IMG/VR virus record: IMGVR_UViG_3300046005_000547 | Span: 1 to 64,000 of that record | Length of the DNA: 64,000 nt | Strand: one strand, 5' to 3' | Part shown: piece by piece, positions 21,936-33,735 of the stretch | Layout of the letters: each line of letters starts with the position of its first letter | Position numbering within the stretch: the first letter of the stretch is position 1 | Position numbers and translations under genes: made by a program | The notes under the pieces: generated by a model | Databases searched by the model: none | What the model was told of the DNA's origin: nothing | What the model saw: only the letters and a program-made list of their open reading frames with translations

Positions 21936-22469
21936 TCAAACATTCAACATCCTCGTATTATCATTAACAAACATACCAACGATATTCTGGTATATAGTCT
22001 TACTATTGGCAAACCTAGAAGGATAATTCTTAATCAACCAATATCGAACTTTAACATACATTCTTAACGCACTAACATTTTCAATGTCAACATGACCTTT
22101 CAATCTATTGCATTGAGAACACATAATTTGATAATTATCGATAGAATCTTCACCTCCATGATATTTTGGTTTGATATGGTCGATTGTCAATTCTTTACCA
22201 TTTGATGCGATTGGTCTCAATCCTGTTTTTTCATTGAAACTAATTGATTTTGCTTTAGAATCACAACATATGCATTTCAATGGAATTTTCTTGGTGTTCA
22301 ACAATGTAATCATAGCTGCCGTACTACGATTACGTTTTCCAGAAAGATAAATTCGTTTTGAATCAATATCATAAAAGTAAGAACGATTTTCTTTATCTCT
22401 ACGTTCCCCTGATGGATTGAGTTTAACATTTGATAAAAATTCATCAACTTGTATATATTTGTTTGACAT
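21936..22469 (-). CDS. HNH endonuclease (McrA-like core)
   Basis: CICC...LTIDHIKPKYHGGEDSIDNYQIMCSQCNRLKG. Confidence 0.85.
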   Translation of the reverse strand: MSNKYIQVDEFLSNVKLNPSGERRDKENRSYFYDIDSKRIYLSGKRNRSTAAMITLLNTKKIPLKCICCDSKAKSISFNEKTGLRPIASNGKELTIDHIKPKYHGGEDSIDNYQIMCSQCNRLKGHVDIENVSALRMYVKVRYWLIKNYPSRFANSKTIYQNIVGMFVNDNTRMLNV

Positions 22470-22514
22470 CAGAACACTCCCTAAAATAAAAATTATAAAC
22501 TATTCAAATACAAA

Positions 22515-23108
22515 TTAAAAGGAATATTTTAATGTTTTTGGAACATCATAACTTTCAGTCGATTCATTGTATTTCAATGTAAATTTAGTTTTACCTTCTT
22601 TTACAATCAAATCAGAGAATCCAGATTTATCCATCTTACCAATATCGATTGAACGTTTAATTGTTGAATCTTCATCATTCAACTCCACACCAATATCAGA
22701 AGCAACTGGAATCAAGTCTTGACCTTTCATGATGTATAATGTTCTGTTTGTATAATTACCATTATTGATGTCAACACCAAATGCTATGTCATTTGAATTC
22801 AATTTATAATTGACCGTATCAATAGACAAGCCAAATGTATCTTTTAGTAATTTAATTTTATCCATGTTGACAATTGTTCCAGATTCATTTACAACTAGAA
22901 TATCTAAATCAATTTCAGTTGATGGGCCAGCGTCAGATGGAATCAAGAAGATCGTCAAGTCCTTCTGATTTGGCATCACTTTACATTGGATGAATTCCAA
23001 ATGAGAAGTTGGTTGTAGATAGTTATCCAACAACGGACTTTTACAAACAGCAACAGCAGAATTTGACATTAACAATAGAGCAGATACAAGCAATGTTTTC
23101 TTAAACAT
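22515..23108 (-). CDS. exported (signal-peptide) protein
   Basis: MFKKTLLVSALLLMSNSAVA is a typical Sec signal peptide. Confidence 0.65.
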   Translation of the reverse strand: MFKKTLLVSALLLMSNSAVAVCKSPLLDNYLQPTSHLEFIQCKVMPNQKDLTIFLIPSDAGPSTEIDLDILVVNESGTIVNMDKIKLLKDTFGLSIDTVNYKLNSNDIAFGVDINNGNYTNRTLYIMKGQDLIPVASDIGVELNDEDSTIKRSIDIGKMDKSGFSDLIVKEGKTKFTLKYNESTESYDVPKTLKYSF

Positions 23109-23261
23109 GATACGATTCCTATAACAATTCTTTAACGATTAAACCAACGAAAATAAACATTGGTACAACAACCCAACCAGCAAACAACATGAACGATAAA
23201 CTTTCTAATTTTTTCATAAGAATTTCTTTGTTTTGGTAAGAGTGAATCCCTTAATTCAGAA

Positions 23262-23294
23262 TCTATTATAAAGATTTTATCGTTCATCGAAAGA
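23262..23294 (-). promoter_or_regulatory. early-type promoter TCTTTCGA-N16-TATAATAGA
   Basis: exact motif. Confidence 0.8.
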
Positions 23295-24467
23295 TTTATT
23301 TTTAGATTGATTTAAGATAGTTGATTCTATCTTTATTATCTACAATAGATTCAGTGTTAATAAATTCCAACGCCTCTTTTTCTTTCTTATATTGTTCTGT
23401 TCTTGATTTGAATACATTATCATAATTTGTTAATGTCTTCTTGAATTTAATCTTTGTCAATTCCAAATCATATTTTGCCATTGTACAACTATATGCATCT
23501 AATTTCAAATTTATGTTATTCATAGTTTGCTGTTGTTTCAACATGTTATGTACATAATTGAATTTAGAGATAACATCATTCAATACATTGATGATTTCTG
23601 TAACAGATTTGTATTCATAATTGGCAATTTCATATTTGAAACAATTATCATCAAACATTGCCTGAGTAAGGGTTCCGTCTTCTAATTCCTGAAACCATTC
23701 TTCTAAGATAGACGAATTGTATGTAGTCAACGTAAGTTTCTTCTGTTCATATTCTTTCAAATCGTGTTTAGCTTGAATCAATTTGTTTGCGTTAGATAAC
23801 ATCAATTTATCGATTTCTTCATTGTTCAACTCTTCAAGGATGTCAGGATTTTCCTCTAAGAAATCTAATGTGATATTTTTGATTTTACGTTTGGTTGATT
23901 TACCGAAAATTTTAAAAATGTTCATTGTTTTATCTCTCTAATTTTGTCATTAAAATGATTGTTTATTTCTCCAAATATCATTGGTAATCCGCATGATGAT
24001 ATAATACCAGAACAACAGATTAACAACCAAATTGGTACATCATTAGGATGTTCTGAATTAAAAACTTCGATATAGAAGAACCTAAAAGATCCAGCAAATA
24101 ATATCACATACCAGAATATCTTCCAGAATACTTTCTTATACCCTAGGATCTTCTTCTTTTTGTTCACATTAACCGATAATCTGTTGTACAAATCTTCTCT
24201 GAGTTTCTTATACAACAAATCATTAGTTGATGTTTCTGAACCATCATTTATTGCATACAATTTACCTTCATATTTCAATGTCTTATATTCAAATCCATGT
24301 TTGAATACTCTATCGTTATATTCAGATAATGTTTTTGATAACAGAATTTCTTCAGGATCTCTATATACAATTTGTTTATTCTGTAAAATTGTGTCGAAAA
24401 TAATTATATCTTCAAACATATCACCCTCCATCTAAGAAAAACATATTATACATGTAAATCAATCTCT

Positions 24468-24848
24468 TTAAAAGGATTCCAGATTATTATTTTCCGATAT
24501 TCTTCTGCTTGCTATGTTATAATAAGTTTCATCTAATTCACAACCAATGAAATCCCTATTGGTATTCATACAAGCAATTGCCGTGGTTCCAGAACCCATA
24601 CAATTATCCAATATCAAATCACCTTCATCAGAATACGTCTTAATCAACCATTCAAATAAGGCAATAGGTTTCTGGGTAGGGTGTAAATTTGATTTCAACG
24701 TATCTCGTTTGAATTTCAACACTTGAGTCGGATACCTTGTTCCATTATCTTCATACGGTTTGACTTTCATCTTACCAGAATCAACCAATGTCCCTAATTT
24801 ACCATTTCTAACCCCATTAGATACCAACTTACCTTCATGTTTAATCAT
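24468..24848 (-). pseudogene. orphan C-terminal half of a beta-class DNA methyltransferase
   Basis: YPTQVLKF, HPTQKPIALFEWLIKTY, DNCMGSGTT, GCELD present; no DPPY; ATG overlaps the upstream stop. Confidence 0.85.
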
Positions 24849-25613
24849 ACAATTCCAAGTTGCAATGAGAATCAATTCTGTCTAATGATTTTGTATACAT
24901 TTCAGAATCTAATTCGCATCCGATATAAATTCTATTGGTATTCATACAAGCGATGGCAGTTGAACCAGAACCCATAAATCCATCGAATACAACATCATTT
25001 TCGTTAGTGTATGTTTTAACAAGATATTCTAGTAAGGGTACGGGTTTCTGGTTGGATGGAATTGGGTCTTGGGGGATTCATTAGAGAATTTAAGAATGTT
25101 GGTGGGATAATTTGCTCCATCTTGTTCATATTCTGTTCCTACTTCATGTCCACCAGAATATGCAGATGTTGTCTTGACATAATTGATACGTTTCTTATTG
25201 AATTCAACAACACCTTGTGGATTGTATAACATTGGATTTGTTGAATTACGACGTATCGCTCCTTTAGAGAATACTGATATGTTTTCGGTTTCACGTAATG
25301 GCATTCCTTTGGCGTGAACAAATCCATTCTTCCTTGATTTGTGCCAAAGGAAATTATACTTGAAATCAGATAAATTAGAACAAATCAATCTGCTGGTAAA
25401 AGGATCCGTTCCGAATAATACAATAGATCCGTTTGGTTTCAATACTCTAAACCATTCAATCCAAAGTTCATCTATCTTTGACATTAGATCCCATTCCCAT
25501 TTACATGCTGTTGTATTATAAGGTGGATCTTGTAAAATCAATTGTACAGAATCATCTGGTAATGTTTTAAGATATTCTATACAATCAATGTTGTAAATTT
25601 TATTCAATTCCAT
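24841..25613 (-). CDS. beta-class N4-C/N6-A DNA methyltransferase, apparent 1-bp frameshift at ~25050
   Basis: DPPY motif IV; adding one C (CCAACC to CCAACCC) gives HPTQKPVPLLEYLVKTYT...DGFMGSGSTA...GCELD, stop at 24841. Confidence 0.88.
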
Positions 25614-25674
25614 ACTATCCTCAAAATGAAAAAGTCTGATGACAATTTAATGCCATCAGACTACATATTAATCG

Positions 25675-28266
25675 TTATCCGAAGAACTCATCCAAATTTG
25701 ATTTTGCTTCAGTGTTCCATCCCAAAGGTTCAATCATATTCTTCATCTTAGACAAAAATGCCTTCTCAAACTGTAAATCATAATCAACAAATCTATCCAA
25801 ACCAAATTCCTTTGGAATATCATCAACAAACGCAATCACATTTTCCTTCAACGGATTTGGTGTCTTCAGATACGTAAATTTAATCTTATCACCATTCTTA
25901 ATCAATTGATGCGTCTTCTCCAATCCATGTTTCTTAATCATCTGATTGTACATGATTGAACCTCTAACGTGAATAGGTGTTCCTGATGCGTATCCACTTG
26001 GAGTCACAAATTTATCAATATCAGATACACCAGATGGATTAGCAATTTCTGGTATAGACATATTCATGAATTGAGTTTTAATTCCCTCAACATATGAATG
26101 AATATCTGATTCTTCCTTGTAGAATAAAATTGGTAATGATTCCTTCAATAATGATCTAATCAATTTTGGTGTTGATGATTTAACTAGGTCTAATCCCATG
26201 ACCTTCAATTTTGGTTTCTCGTATCTAACTCCCTCTGATTCCCATACGTTAATCGCGTAACGTTTCTTCGAAATCCACACACCTACGTCAAAAATGCACT
26301 CGAGTTTCATCGACATCTTGTTTTCGTATGCGTGCATATAATCAGTCATATTATCGAATGATTTCTTAATAACATTTTGTAACACTTTTGTACAGAATTC
26401 ATTTAAGAAATCAGTAGTTTCCTGAATAGATTTATCAGAATATCCTGCCATCTCAACAAGTTTTATCAATTCAATGTAAATACTATCCGTATCACTATAT
26501 GCAACATAATCAACATTAGATGTTTTTAATGATTTATTCAAAAATGCATTAACATCATTGGCAACCCATTGGATAGCAAGCCGTCCACCTGACGTAATAC
26601 TCTCAGCCATTCTAACATCGAAGTATCTAAAGTATGGCGAACCCAGCGATCCGTACGCCGAATTTAATAAAATTTTTAATGCCATTTGGAAAATATACAA
26701 TCTTGAAATCTCTTTTTCAAGATGTTTCTTCATTTTTTCATCAGTAGCAGATTCATATTCTTTTTCTAATGAAATTTGTTGTTTCTTTTTAGTAGATCTA
26801 TCAACATACATGTTATCCATTAACACAGAGAAGAAACATTTTACATCTTTACGATAACACCAACCATTAGCGGCAATCGATAATCCATTATCAGGTAATT
26901 CTTTTTTAGCTAACAAATAATCAACATCAATGTCTAATTTTGTTGAAGTTAATGTTTCAACACCTACATTATAATGTTGAATTAAATGAGGATACAAAGA
27001 TGCCAAATCGAACGATACACCCCATTTATATCTTCCAGGTTTGGGTTGTTTAACATACGCACCATCAAATTGTTCCGTTTTACCTCCATATGTTTGAAAT
27101 GGAGTGACTACAGAACGTTCTTCTTTAAGATAATTATGGATGATTGCATCCCAAGTATGAATAGGAGAAAATACATCTTCATAATTGATTCTGGCGTAAT
27201 ACGCGATGAACACTTGTAAAGAAATCATATTGAGTTTCTCTTCAAGTTGAATAATCAAATCTGCGTCGATGATGTTATAATCAGTGAATTTGTTCCAGCA
27301 TTTTTGTTTCAGTTCCGAATTTAGATTTATCCATTCTTCAGAAATATCTGGATGGAGATTACGTTCATACGCTAATTGTTGAAGTTCGTTACCATTTTTA
27401 TCTGGTTTTGGTTCTCCAGTGACAAAATCATTAAATGTTAAGAATTCATCATGATTCAATTTAGCATGACCAAGAACTTTCTCTGCGATGGCATCTAATT
27501 TATAGGATTCTTCGGAACCATATGAATACTTTTTGTATAGAGCAAGATAATCTAATTGAGAGATACCAAATATATTAACAGTGCATCTATCTGGTTGTTT
27601 GTTGTCAATTTTTACTTTGACTACACCCCATGGAGATAATTGACTGGTTGTTTTTTCACCGAGGACAGCAACCATTCTATGATAGATGTACGGGATATCG
27701 AAGAAGTCTGTGTTCCAACCAGTGATTATGTCAGGAATGTTTTCCTTCCAGAACGATAAGAATTCTCTGAATAGATGTTCTTCATTATCGCATTGATGAT
27801 AGATTACATTTTGGTCTGATGTATATGATTTACAACCCCAAGTATGTTTCTGTTTGGATTGCATATCGACAATTGTAATTAGGACAACTTCTTCGACAGG
27901 ATTGAACCAGTTGGGGAAGCCGTGGACTACAGATGTCTCTGCATCTAACGCATAGATTTTAACTTTCTCAAAATCATAACTTGTTACAATTGAATTTTCA
28001 TATCGTTCAGAAAGGAATTGGTCACACCATGAAGTATATCCATATAATTTTACACCAGAAATTCCTTTATATTGTTCAATGAATTCTTTACAGTCTTTGA
28101 TGGTTCCAGGTTTGATTTCATGTACAGGAATATCATCTAATGTCTTCCATTTTGTTGATTGATTTTTACCAGTCATGAATAATGTTGGTTGAAATTCAAT
28201 GATTTCTTTACCTTCTGGAGTTCTTAGATAGACATTATTTCCTGATACATAAGCATTTGTGTACAT
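25675..28266 (-). CDS. 43: T4 gp43-like family B DNA polymerase
   Basis: DAET exo I, TGWNTDFFDIPY, FDLASLYP, KILLNSAYG, YSDTDS; likely start MYTNAY. Confidence 0.97.
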   Translation of the reverse strand: MYTNAYVSGNNVYLRTPEGKEIIEFQPTLFMTGKNQSTKWKTLDDIPVHEIKPGTIKDCKEFIEQYKGISGVKLYGYTSWCDQFLSERYENSIVTSYDFEKVKIYALDAETSVVHGFPNWFNPVEEVVLITIVDMQSKQKHTWGCKSYTSDQNVIYHQCDNEEHLFREFLSFWKENIPDIITGWNTDFFDIPYIYHRMVAVLGEKTTSQLSPWGVVKVKIDNKQPDRCTVNIFGISQLDYLALYKKYSYGSEESYKLDAIAEKVLGHAKLNHDEFLTFNDFVTGEPKPDKNGNELQQLAYERNLHPDISEEWINLNSELKQKCWNKFTDYNIIDADLIIQLEEKLNMISLQVFIAYYARINYEDVFSPIHTWDAIIHNYLKEERSVVTPFQTYGGKTEQFDGAYVKQPKPGRYKWGVSFDLASLYPHLIQHYNVGVETLTSTKLDIDVDYLLAKKELPDNGLSIAANGWCYRKDVKCFFSVLMDNMYVDRSTKKKQQISLEKEYESATDEKMKKHLEKEISRLYIFQMALKILLNSAYGSLGSPYFRYFDVRMAESITSGGRLAIQWVANDVNAFLNKSLKTSNVDYVAYSDTDSIYIELIKLVEMAGYSDKSIQETTDFLNEFCTKVLQNVIKKSFDNMTDYMHAYENKMSMKLECIFDVGVWISKKRYAINVWESEGVRYEKPKLKVMGLDLVKSSTPKLIRSLLKESLPILFYKEESDIHSYVEGIKTQFMNMSIPEIANPSGVSDIDKFVTPSGYASGTPIHVRGSIMYNQMIKKHGLEKTHQLIKNGDKIKFTYLKTPNPLKENVIAFVDDIPKEFGLDRFVDYDLQFEKAFLSKMKNMIEPLGWNTEAKSNLDEFFG

Positions 28267-28730
28267 AATTTTTCCTTTCAAAATAAGAATTGAATCCAGA
28301 CCATCCTTATTGTCATTGTTTCCTTGTCGACGGCAATTCTTTAACCGTTTAACATTTTCGTCGTCCAATAAAAAAGCGAGATATTTTAATTAATATCTCG
28401 CTTCAATTTATTTGTTGGATGTTATTTCTTTGTGAATGTCATCCAGTATTTACCTAGTTTCCAATCGTACATTTCTTCAAAAATGTATAAATCTTTGAAT
28501 TTCAAATCCATTGCTCTTATCATTTCATCTCTGTATAAAGAAGTTACAATAGGAAATGTCACACCTTTTTCTTCAAATTTAATGTAACTTTCTTCAACAG
28601 TCTTTTTAAATTTATCTGCTTCAGATACAACTGGAGTTGAAGATTTGTAATTTGTATATTTTCTCATTGTATACCAACCTTTATAATAATTTGTTTGATT
28701 TAAAGTTCATTGGATTGTTCCAACTTGAAA

Positions 28731-28763
28731 TCTATTATAAAGGGTTTTTAAAACATCGAAAGA
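28731..28763 (-). promoter_or_regulatory. early-type promoter TCTTTCGA-N16-TATAATAGA
   Basis: exact motif. Confidence 0.8.
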
Positions 28764-29378
28764 AAAATCTTATTCCCAAAGATAAGCTCGATACTTAATC
28801 AATTGACATAACATTTGAGTGTCCGTGTCAAAGATTTGTTTCTCAAGTAAATCAATACGTTTAGAATGTTCATCCCCATATGATACATATTTGCCATACA
28901 ACTCTGATATTTCAATTTCCAATTTTGGTCTATCAACGTTCCACCATACATAACATTCCTTTATGAATCTAATGACATTTCGATGATTCTCAGAATAATC
29001 CCAATCAGTTGTACCATGGAAGATTATTTCTTCATAGAAATCAGTGACTAATTGGAAACATGAATGTAACAATAACGTATCCGTGTCATGATATTGTATA
29101 TTCAATGTAGAAGGTTTGACCGACCAGTATTTGAAATAATTTGGATGACATCTATACAATACCCAATACTTGAAATCTCTTATATCGGATTTGATATTGT
29201 ATAAAATGCCATTAAACCAGTCTATTACATTTTCCATTAGATAACGAGTAATGACAACGGTGACGCAATTACAGTTGCCAATAAATGTTTTACTCTTAAT
29301 CTCAATTCCCATTTTAGTTCATCTTTGAAATCATATACATTCAAATCAAAGAGTGAACGATTTAATAACTCTTTCATC

Positions 29379-29954
29379 TTATACTCCAGCTAGAATTTGA
29401 ACCATATCGTAACAAACATCGGCGACGGGATCGTGCTTAATTACTTTATTGATATTGAAATCAGGACATTTTGATACATCAATGTTACAATATCCTCTTT
29501 CGGTTGTATAGAAACAATCTAACAACGTACGAACATCTCGATAATTATAATATGGCACTAATTTGTCTTCACCAATTGATTTACATAGACTATCCATACA
29601 CATTTGGTCTAACGATCCTCTTGTGAAAATGGTCATCTTATTATAATTAGGAATCTTAGACAACCATTGTTTAATCAATTTGATACCATCCTTTGCGGAT
29701 ACATCATTTGTTGATGGTAATAAAGATCGTTGTCTGGCAAAATCGCATTGACCATTCCACCAATTTAATGTATCCTTATCGGTTGTTCTATTGTATAGTT
29801 GGATCTGTTCTTTTGCGTCAAATTTAACAAAGATACTTCTGTCCACTAATCCTTGATAAGATAATGGTTGTGTTGAATCATAAAACGTAAGAGCAGCCGA
29901 TAATACAACAGCAGTTGATTCTGTTCCAGTTGTTTCAATATCAAGACATAACAT
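29379..29954 (-). CDS. dexA: DexA-like 3'-5' exonuclease
   Basis: LDIETTG...VLS, TRGS.D, RDVRT, HDPVADVCYD (DEDDh family). Confidence 0.85.
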   Translation of the reverse strand: MLCLDIETTGTESTAVVLSAALTFYDSTQPLSYQGLVDRSIFVKFDAKEQIQLYNRTTDKDTLNWWNGQCDFARQRSLLPSTNDVSAKDGIKLIKQWLSKIPNYNKMTIFTRGSLDQMCMDSLCKSIGEDKLVPYYNYRDVRTLLDCFYTTERGYCNIDVSKCPDFNINKVIKHDPVADVCYDMVQILAGV

Positions 29955-31858
29955 TAGTCGATATCCTTCAAATTGTTAAATTTGTCATGTAATTCCAATA
30001 CAGAATCTAATACATTTAAAATTGAATGTTCCATATTGACGTCATATTTTAATGACAATTCACCGACATTGATTGTATTACTTTTTTCATTCAATTGGAT
30101 TGAGATTTGTAATTTATCAGAGTTTCTGTATCCAATAAGAATAAAGTTACCTGTTATTGAATCATTTTTAACGTCAAATGTATATGAGTCTTGTAAATCT
30201 TTAAATTGTTGTGTATAAAATGTAGTCATGTTATTTCTTTGCCATTGTTTTAGCTGCGTGTAAAAGTTCAATACATAATGTTTGGTATGTAATGTCGTAA
30301 TCATTCACTTGTAATTTGCTTGGAGTCACAAGAATCATATAGACTCGTTGAGACCATTTCAACGATGCTTTGATTGCTTTACCATTTTCGATATTGTCTT
30401 TGTAATCAGCAACTTCAAAATGATAGAATGGTAATAGTTCATCTTGATTAATGATACCATCAACAATGTTTGCTACATCATTGTTTGCTTTGATTGTTTC
30501 TGGATTGACACGTACAACATACCATCGTTTATCTACATTTACAACAACATCGCCAATATACGCTTCTACGACTTCATTATAACCGTCGATGAATTGAATT
30601 TTGTCATCATATTTGACTTGATTTAAACCCGATAATGTAATTCTAACTTTATCGATGTTTTGTTTGGCAATTCTAATTGTTTCAATTTCGTTCATAATTT
30701 TCTCTCGTCATTTGTTTACCACATTTACATCTAATATGTTCTTTCCCATATATAAGACCGACAGATTCATACGAATGAACATGAGTTTCTACGTCGGCAT
30801 TATTTGCTTTAAAACAATCGTCATGGAAACAAAAATCGTTACCATTACAATTTGTCACAATACCCCATTTCACTCTATGATTTAACCCAGAAGGACACAT
30901 AGGATAAATGTAATCAATAATCTTCTTAAACATTATCATCCCCTAACAATTTACTGATGAACGATTTGATAAATGATTTTTGTTCAACAATAATTTCTTG
31001 TTCATATTCTTCCAGTGTTATTTCATCATTATCAATTGGTTTTAAAATATCAGAGATAATCCCAGATATCTCGTCGGATACATTTTCTTTATCATACAAT
31101 TCCAACAATTTTGTCTCAACTTCAGATTCAATCATTTTAATTTCAAATGTATCAGAATATCCTTCTTTTTCAATTACATATCCAAATGATACATGTATGG
31201 TATTGTTTTTGACTTCATAAATTAAATGTTCAATCATATTATCAACATGTAAAATATGGTCTTCAAATATATTTTCATTGACAAATTTATATTGAAGATT
31301 ATTAACAGAATTAACAATATCAATAAATGTTTGTTTGATTGAAGGTAACATTTTCTTATTGTTTGACATATTTCTCCTTTCCAATATCAAAGAATATAAT
31401 TTTACTGAATAAATCAGAAACAGTCAATCTTTCCATAAATCCTAAGAAGACATCCGTTTCTCCGTCAATTTCAAAATCATCCAATTTGTTATAATAAATG
31501 TCATTCTTGGTTATAATATGTTCAAGAAACGATTTACCATATAATGATTGTACGTATGTTTTCAATTCGCCAACTGTTGACTCATCATCATAAATTGATA
31601 ATCCAATTTCATTGGTTTGATACATAGGGTATCTTCTATTGATGAGTAGAGTTTTACATTTCAAATTTGGATTGATGTATGTCAGGCAATAGACTAATTC
31701 ACTTAATGTCATATGAACTCCTTTAATAAAAATTCTATTATACTCTTATTTACATCTTTAGAAAGAACTTTCTATTTTCTACATTAAATCAATACATTAA
31801 GAGTTTTTCTCAATTTCTAAGAATTCTACCCACATAAACCTCCATCAAAAAATATATT

Positions 31859-31936
31859 TTTATAACTTATTGTTTTTATTGATAAAAATTATATTATCAA
31901 ACAAAAATAAATCCTGTAAAAACAATAAGTTATAAA
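31859..31936. repeat. 20-bp perfect inverted repeat
   Basis: tttataacttattgttttta (31859-31878) / taaaaacaataagttataaa (31917-31936). Confidence 0.9.
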
Positions 31937-31958
31937 TTCAGTATAAAATTTACAAGAA

Positions 31959-31990
31959 AAATGCCTCAAACTTTTTGGTAAGAGGCATTT
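31959..31990 (-). terminator. intrinsic terminator
   Basis: aaatgcctc/gaggcattt stem with T-run on the minus strand. Confidence 0.7.
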
Positions 31991-31994
31991 AGAG

Positions 31995-32170
31995 TAGTTG
32001 CTGCGATATATCCACACGAACATTACAGAATATTCGATTCATATTCAAATTGATATAATGTCTGTACAAAATCAATTATCACTTCAGCAATTTGTATAGC
32101 GGGAGAACGATTAAACAATGGGCAAGTCTACTAAATTTCATAGTGGAGCAAAAGTTTAATCGTTCACAAG
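31995..32170 (-). ncRNA. candidate structured RNA
   Basis: non-coding stretch with nested inverted repeats, including a 12-bp gaacgattaaac/gtttaatcgttc stem; ends at a terminator. Confidence 0.35.
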
Positions 32171-32181
32171 ACCACTAAATT

Positions 32182-32481
32182 TTATACAATAATCTTTTGA
32201 GGTTGAATCAATTCGATTAAAGGTTCATCAAACGATCTATTATATTCATCAGCTAATTGTTTGACTGGAGTGGATCTAAACGATAATGATGATTTCAATA
32301 ATTCAATCGTATCTTCTTCAGCATACGGTAATAAAGGCGATAATGATACACCTTGTTGTTCACCATTGCTTGTGACCATAATGAGTACGGGATTTTTAAC
32401 AAAGTAGGAGTCTGTCGATTCTGAAATAACGGTTGCCATTAATTCATCACCATTCACCGTTTTGAACGCTTTAACTGTCAT
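32182..32481 (-). CDS. conserved T4-like hypothetical (Sm-like beta fold)
   Basis: FKTVNGDELMA...NPV...LSPLLPYAE pattern. Confidence 0.55.
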   Translation of the reverse strand: MTVKAFKTVNGDELMATVISESTDSYFVKNPVLIMVTSNGEQQGVSLSPLLPYAEEDTIELLKSSLSFRSTPVKQLADEYNRSFDEPLIELIQPQKIIV

Positions 32482-32497
32482 AATATATTCTCAATTG

Positions 32498-32902
32498 TTA
32501 TTCTGTTAGAAATTGTTTAGTTTTGGTTGACCCAATTTCAATCTTCTTTGGTTTCATTTCATCTGGGATAACTTTTTCAAGTAAGATACTTAAAATGCCA
32601 TTTTCCATTTCAGCCGAAACGACTTTGATGTATTCATGTAATTTGAATTGTCGTTTAAATGATTTGTTTGAAATACCTTTGAAGAAGTATGTTTGTTCAT
32701 CTTTTTCTGCTTGGAACGAAATTGATAATTGATTTTTAGAAAACTCAATATCAATATCTTCCTTAGGAATACCAGCCAAAGCAATTTCAATCATTGTTTT
32801 ATCTTCATCAATTTTTTTCAAATTGAAATGAGGGTATTGATTGTTTTGGTTGTTCAAGATTTCATGGAACAAAAATAATTGGTCGAATTTTGTTGGTAAC
32901 AT
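32498..32902 (-). CDS. small heat-shock protein (Hsp20/IbpA-like)
   Basis: YPHFNL, IEIALAG, YFFKGIS.KSF.RQF.L, AEMENGILSI. Confidence 0.92.
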   Translation of the reverse strand: MLPTKFDQLFLFHEILNNQNNQYPHFNLKKIDEDKTMIEIALAGIPKEDIDIEFSKNQLSISFQAEKDEQTYFFKGISNKSFKRQFKLHEYIKVVSAEMENGILSILLEKVIPDEMKPKKIEIGSTKTKQFLTE

Positions 32903-33070
32903 GTTGAATTTCTCCTTAGAAATTAAGCAAGAATGTTGCGTTTAGAGTTGTTCTACAACGCGTGTTAAAATGATTCTGGTCACTGTTCCAGAGACTTCTT
33001 ATAGTAAAGTCAGATAATCCCAAGGATTCACTCTCTAGATCCCTCTAGAAGATTCATCCTTGATTTTATT
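32903..33070 (-). promoter_or_regulatory. ROSE-like RNA thermometer leader of hsp20
   Basis: UUCUUGCUUA-loop-UAAGGAGAA hairpin places UUGCU opposite the SD with a bulged G; several further hairpins lie upstream. Confidence 0.65.
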
Positions 33071-33735
33071 TAGTCATTTAAACCAATTCCGAATCATTGG
33101 CAGATTCAACTGGTTTATCTTTAATTTGAGGAATTCCTTGTTGTCTAATATTGGTAATCAATTCATGAACTTCTTCAAATGGTCGTTTTGCCAATGCATC
33201 TAACACTTGATTCACTTGGTCTAATTCTAGTTCTAATTTAATCATATTCTATCCTAATTCAATAATCATACTATGTTGAAATAATCTTAATTCTCTATAC
33301 ATCATTTCTTTGATGTTCTTGTCCATAAACGAGGAATCATCAATAAAGATTTTATCGAATTTACATCCTCTCAATCTATCTCTAATGACTTCTTCTGAAG
33401 TGAACACTCTTTTGATTCCATTATATAGGAAATTTCGTATAGTTGGATTATTGACGATAATAACATCTTTTTCTGTAATCAACTCTTTGATGATAGAAGT
33501 CTTAAATGTGCATCTACCAATATCCAATTTCAATACGTTATTACCACAAACTGGTAATCTAGAATCAATTGAATTTTCACTTCTTTTAATGAATTTCTCT
33601 TTCAATGAAATTGCTTGTTTCACTAAGTTCAAACTCAACAGATATAGATCTTCAGATTCTTGTGGTCTTTCTGTATTCAATTTTTCAAATAACAGATAAT
33701 CAGGGCCTTTTGATGTATCCAATTCAATTGTAATT

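Noticed and set aside
25675-28368. Intein, intron or split in gp43
   Set aside because: The ORF is continuous at normal length (~863 aa); the extra 34 N-terminal residues are only an upstream in-frame start
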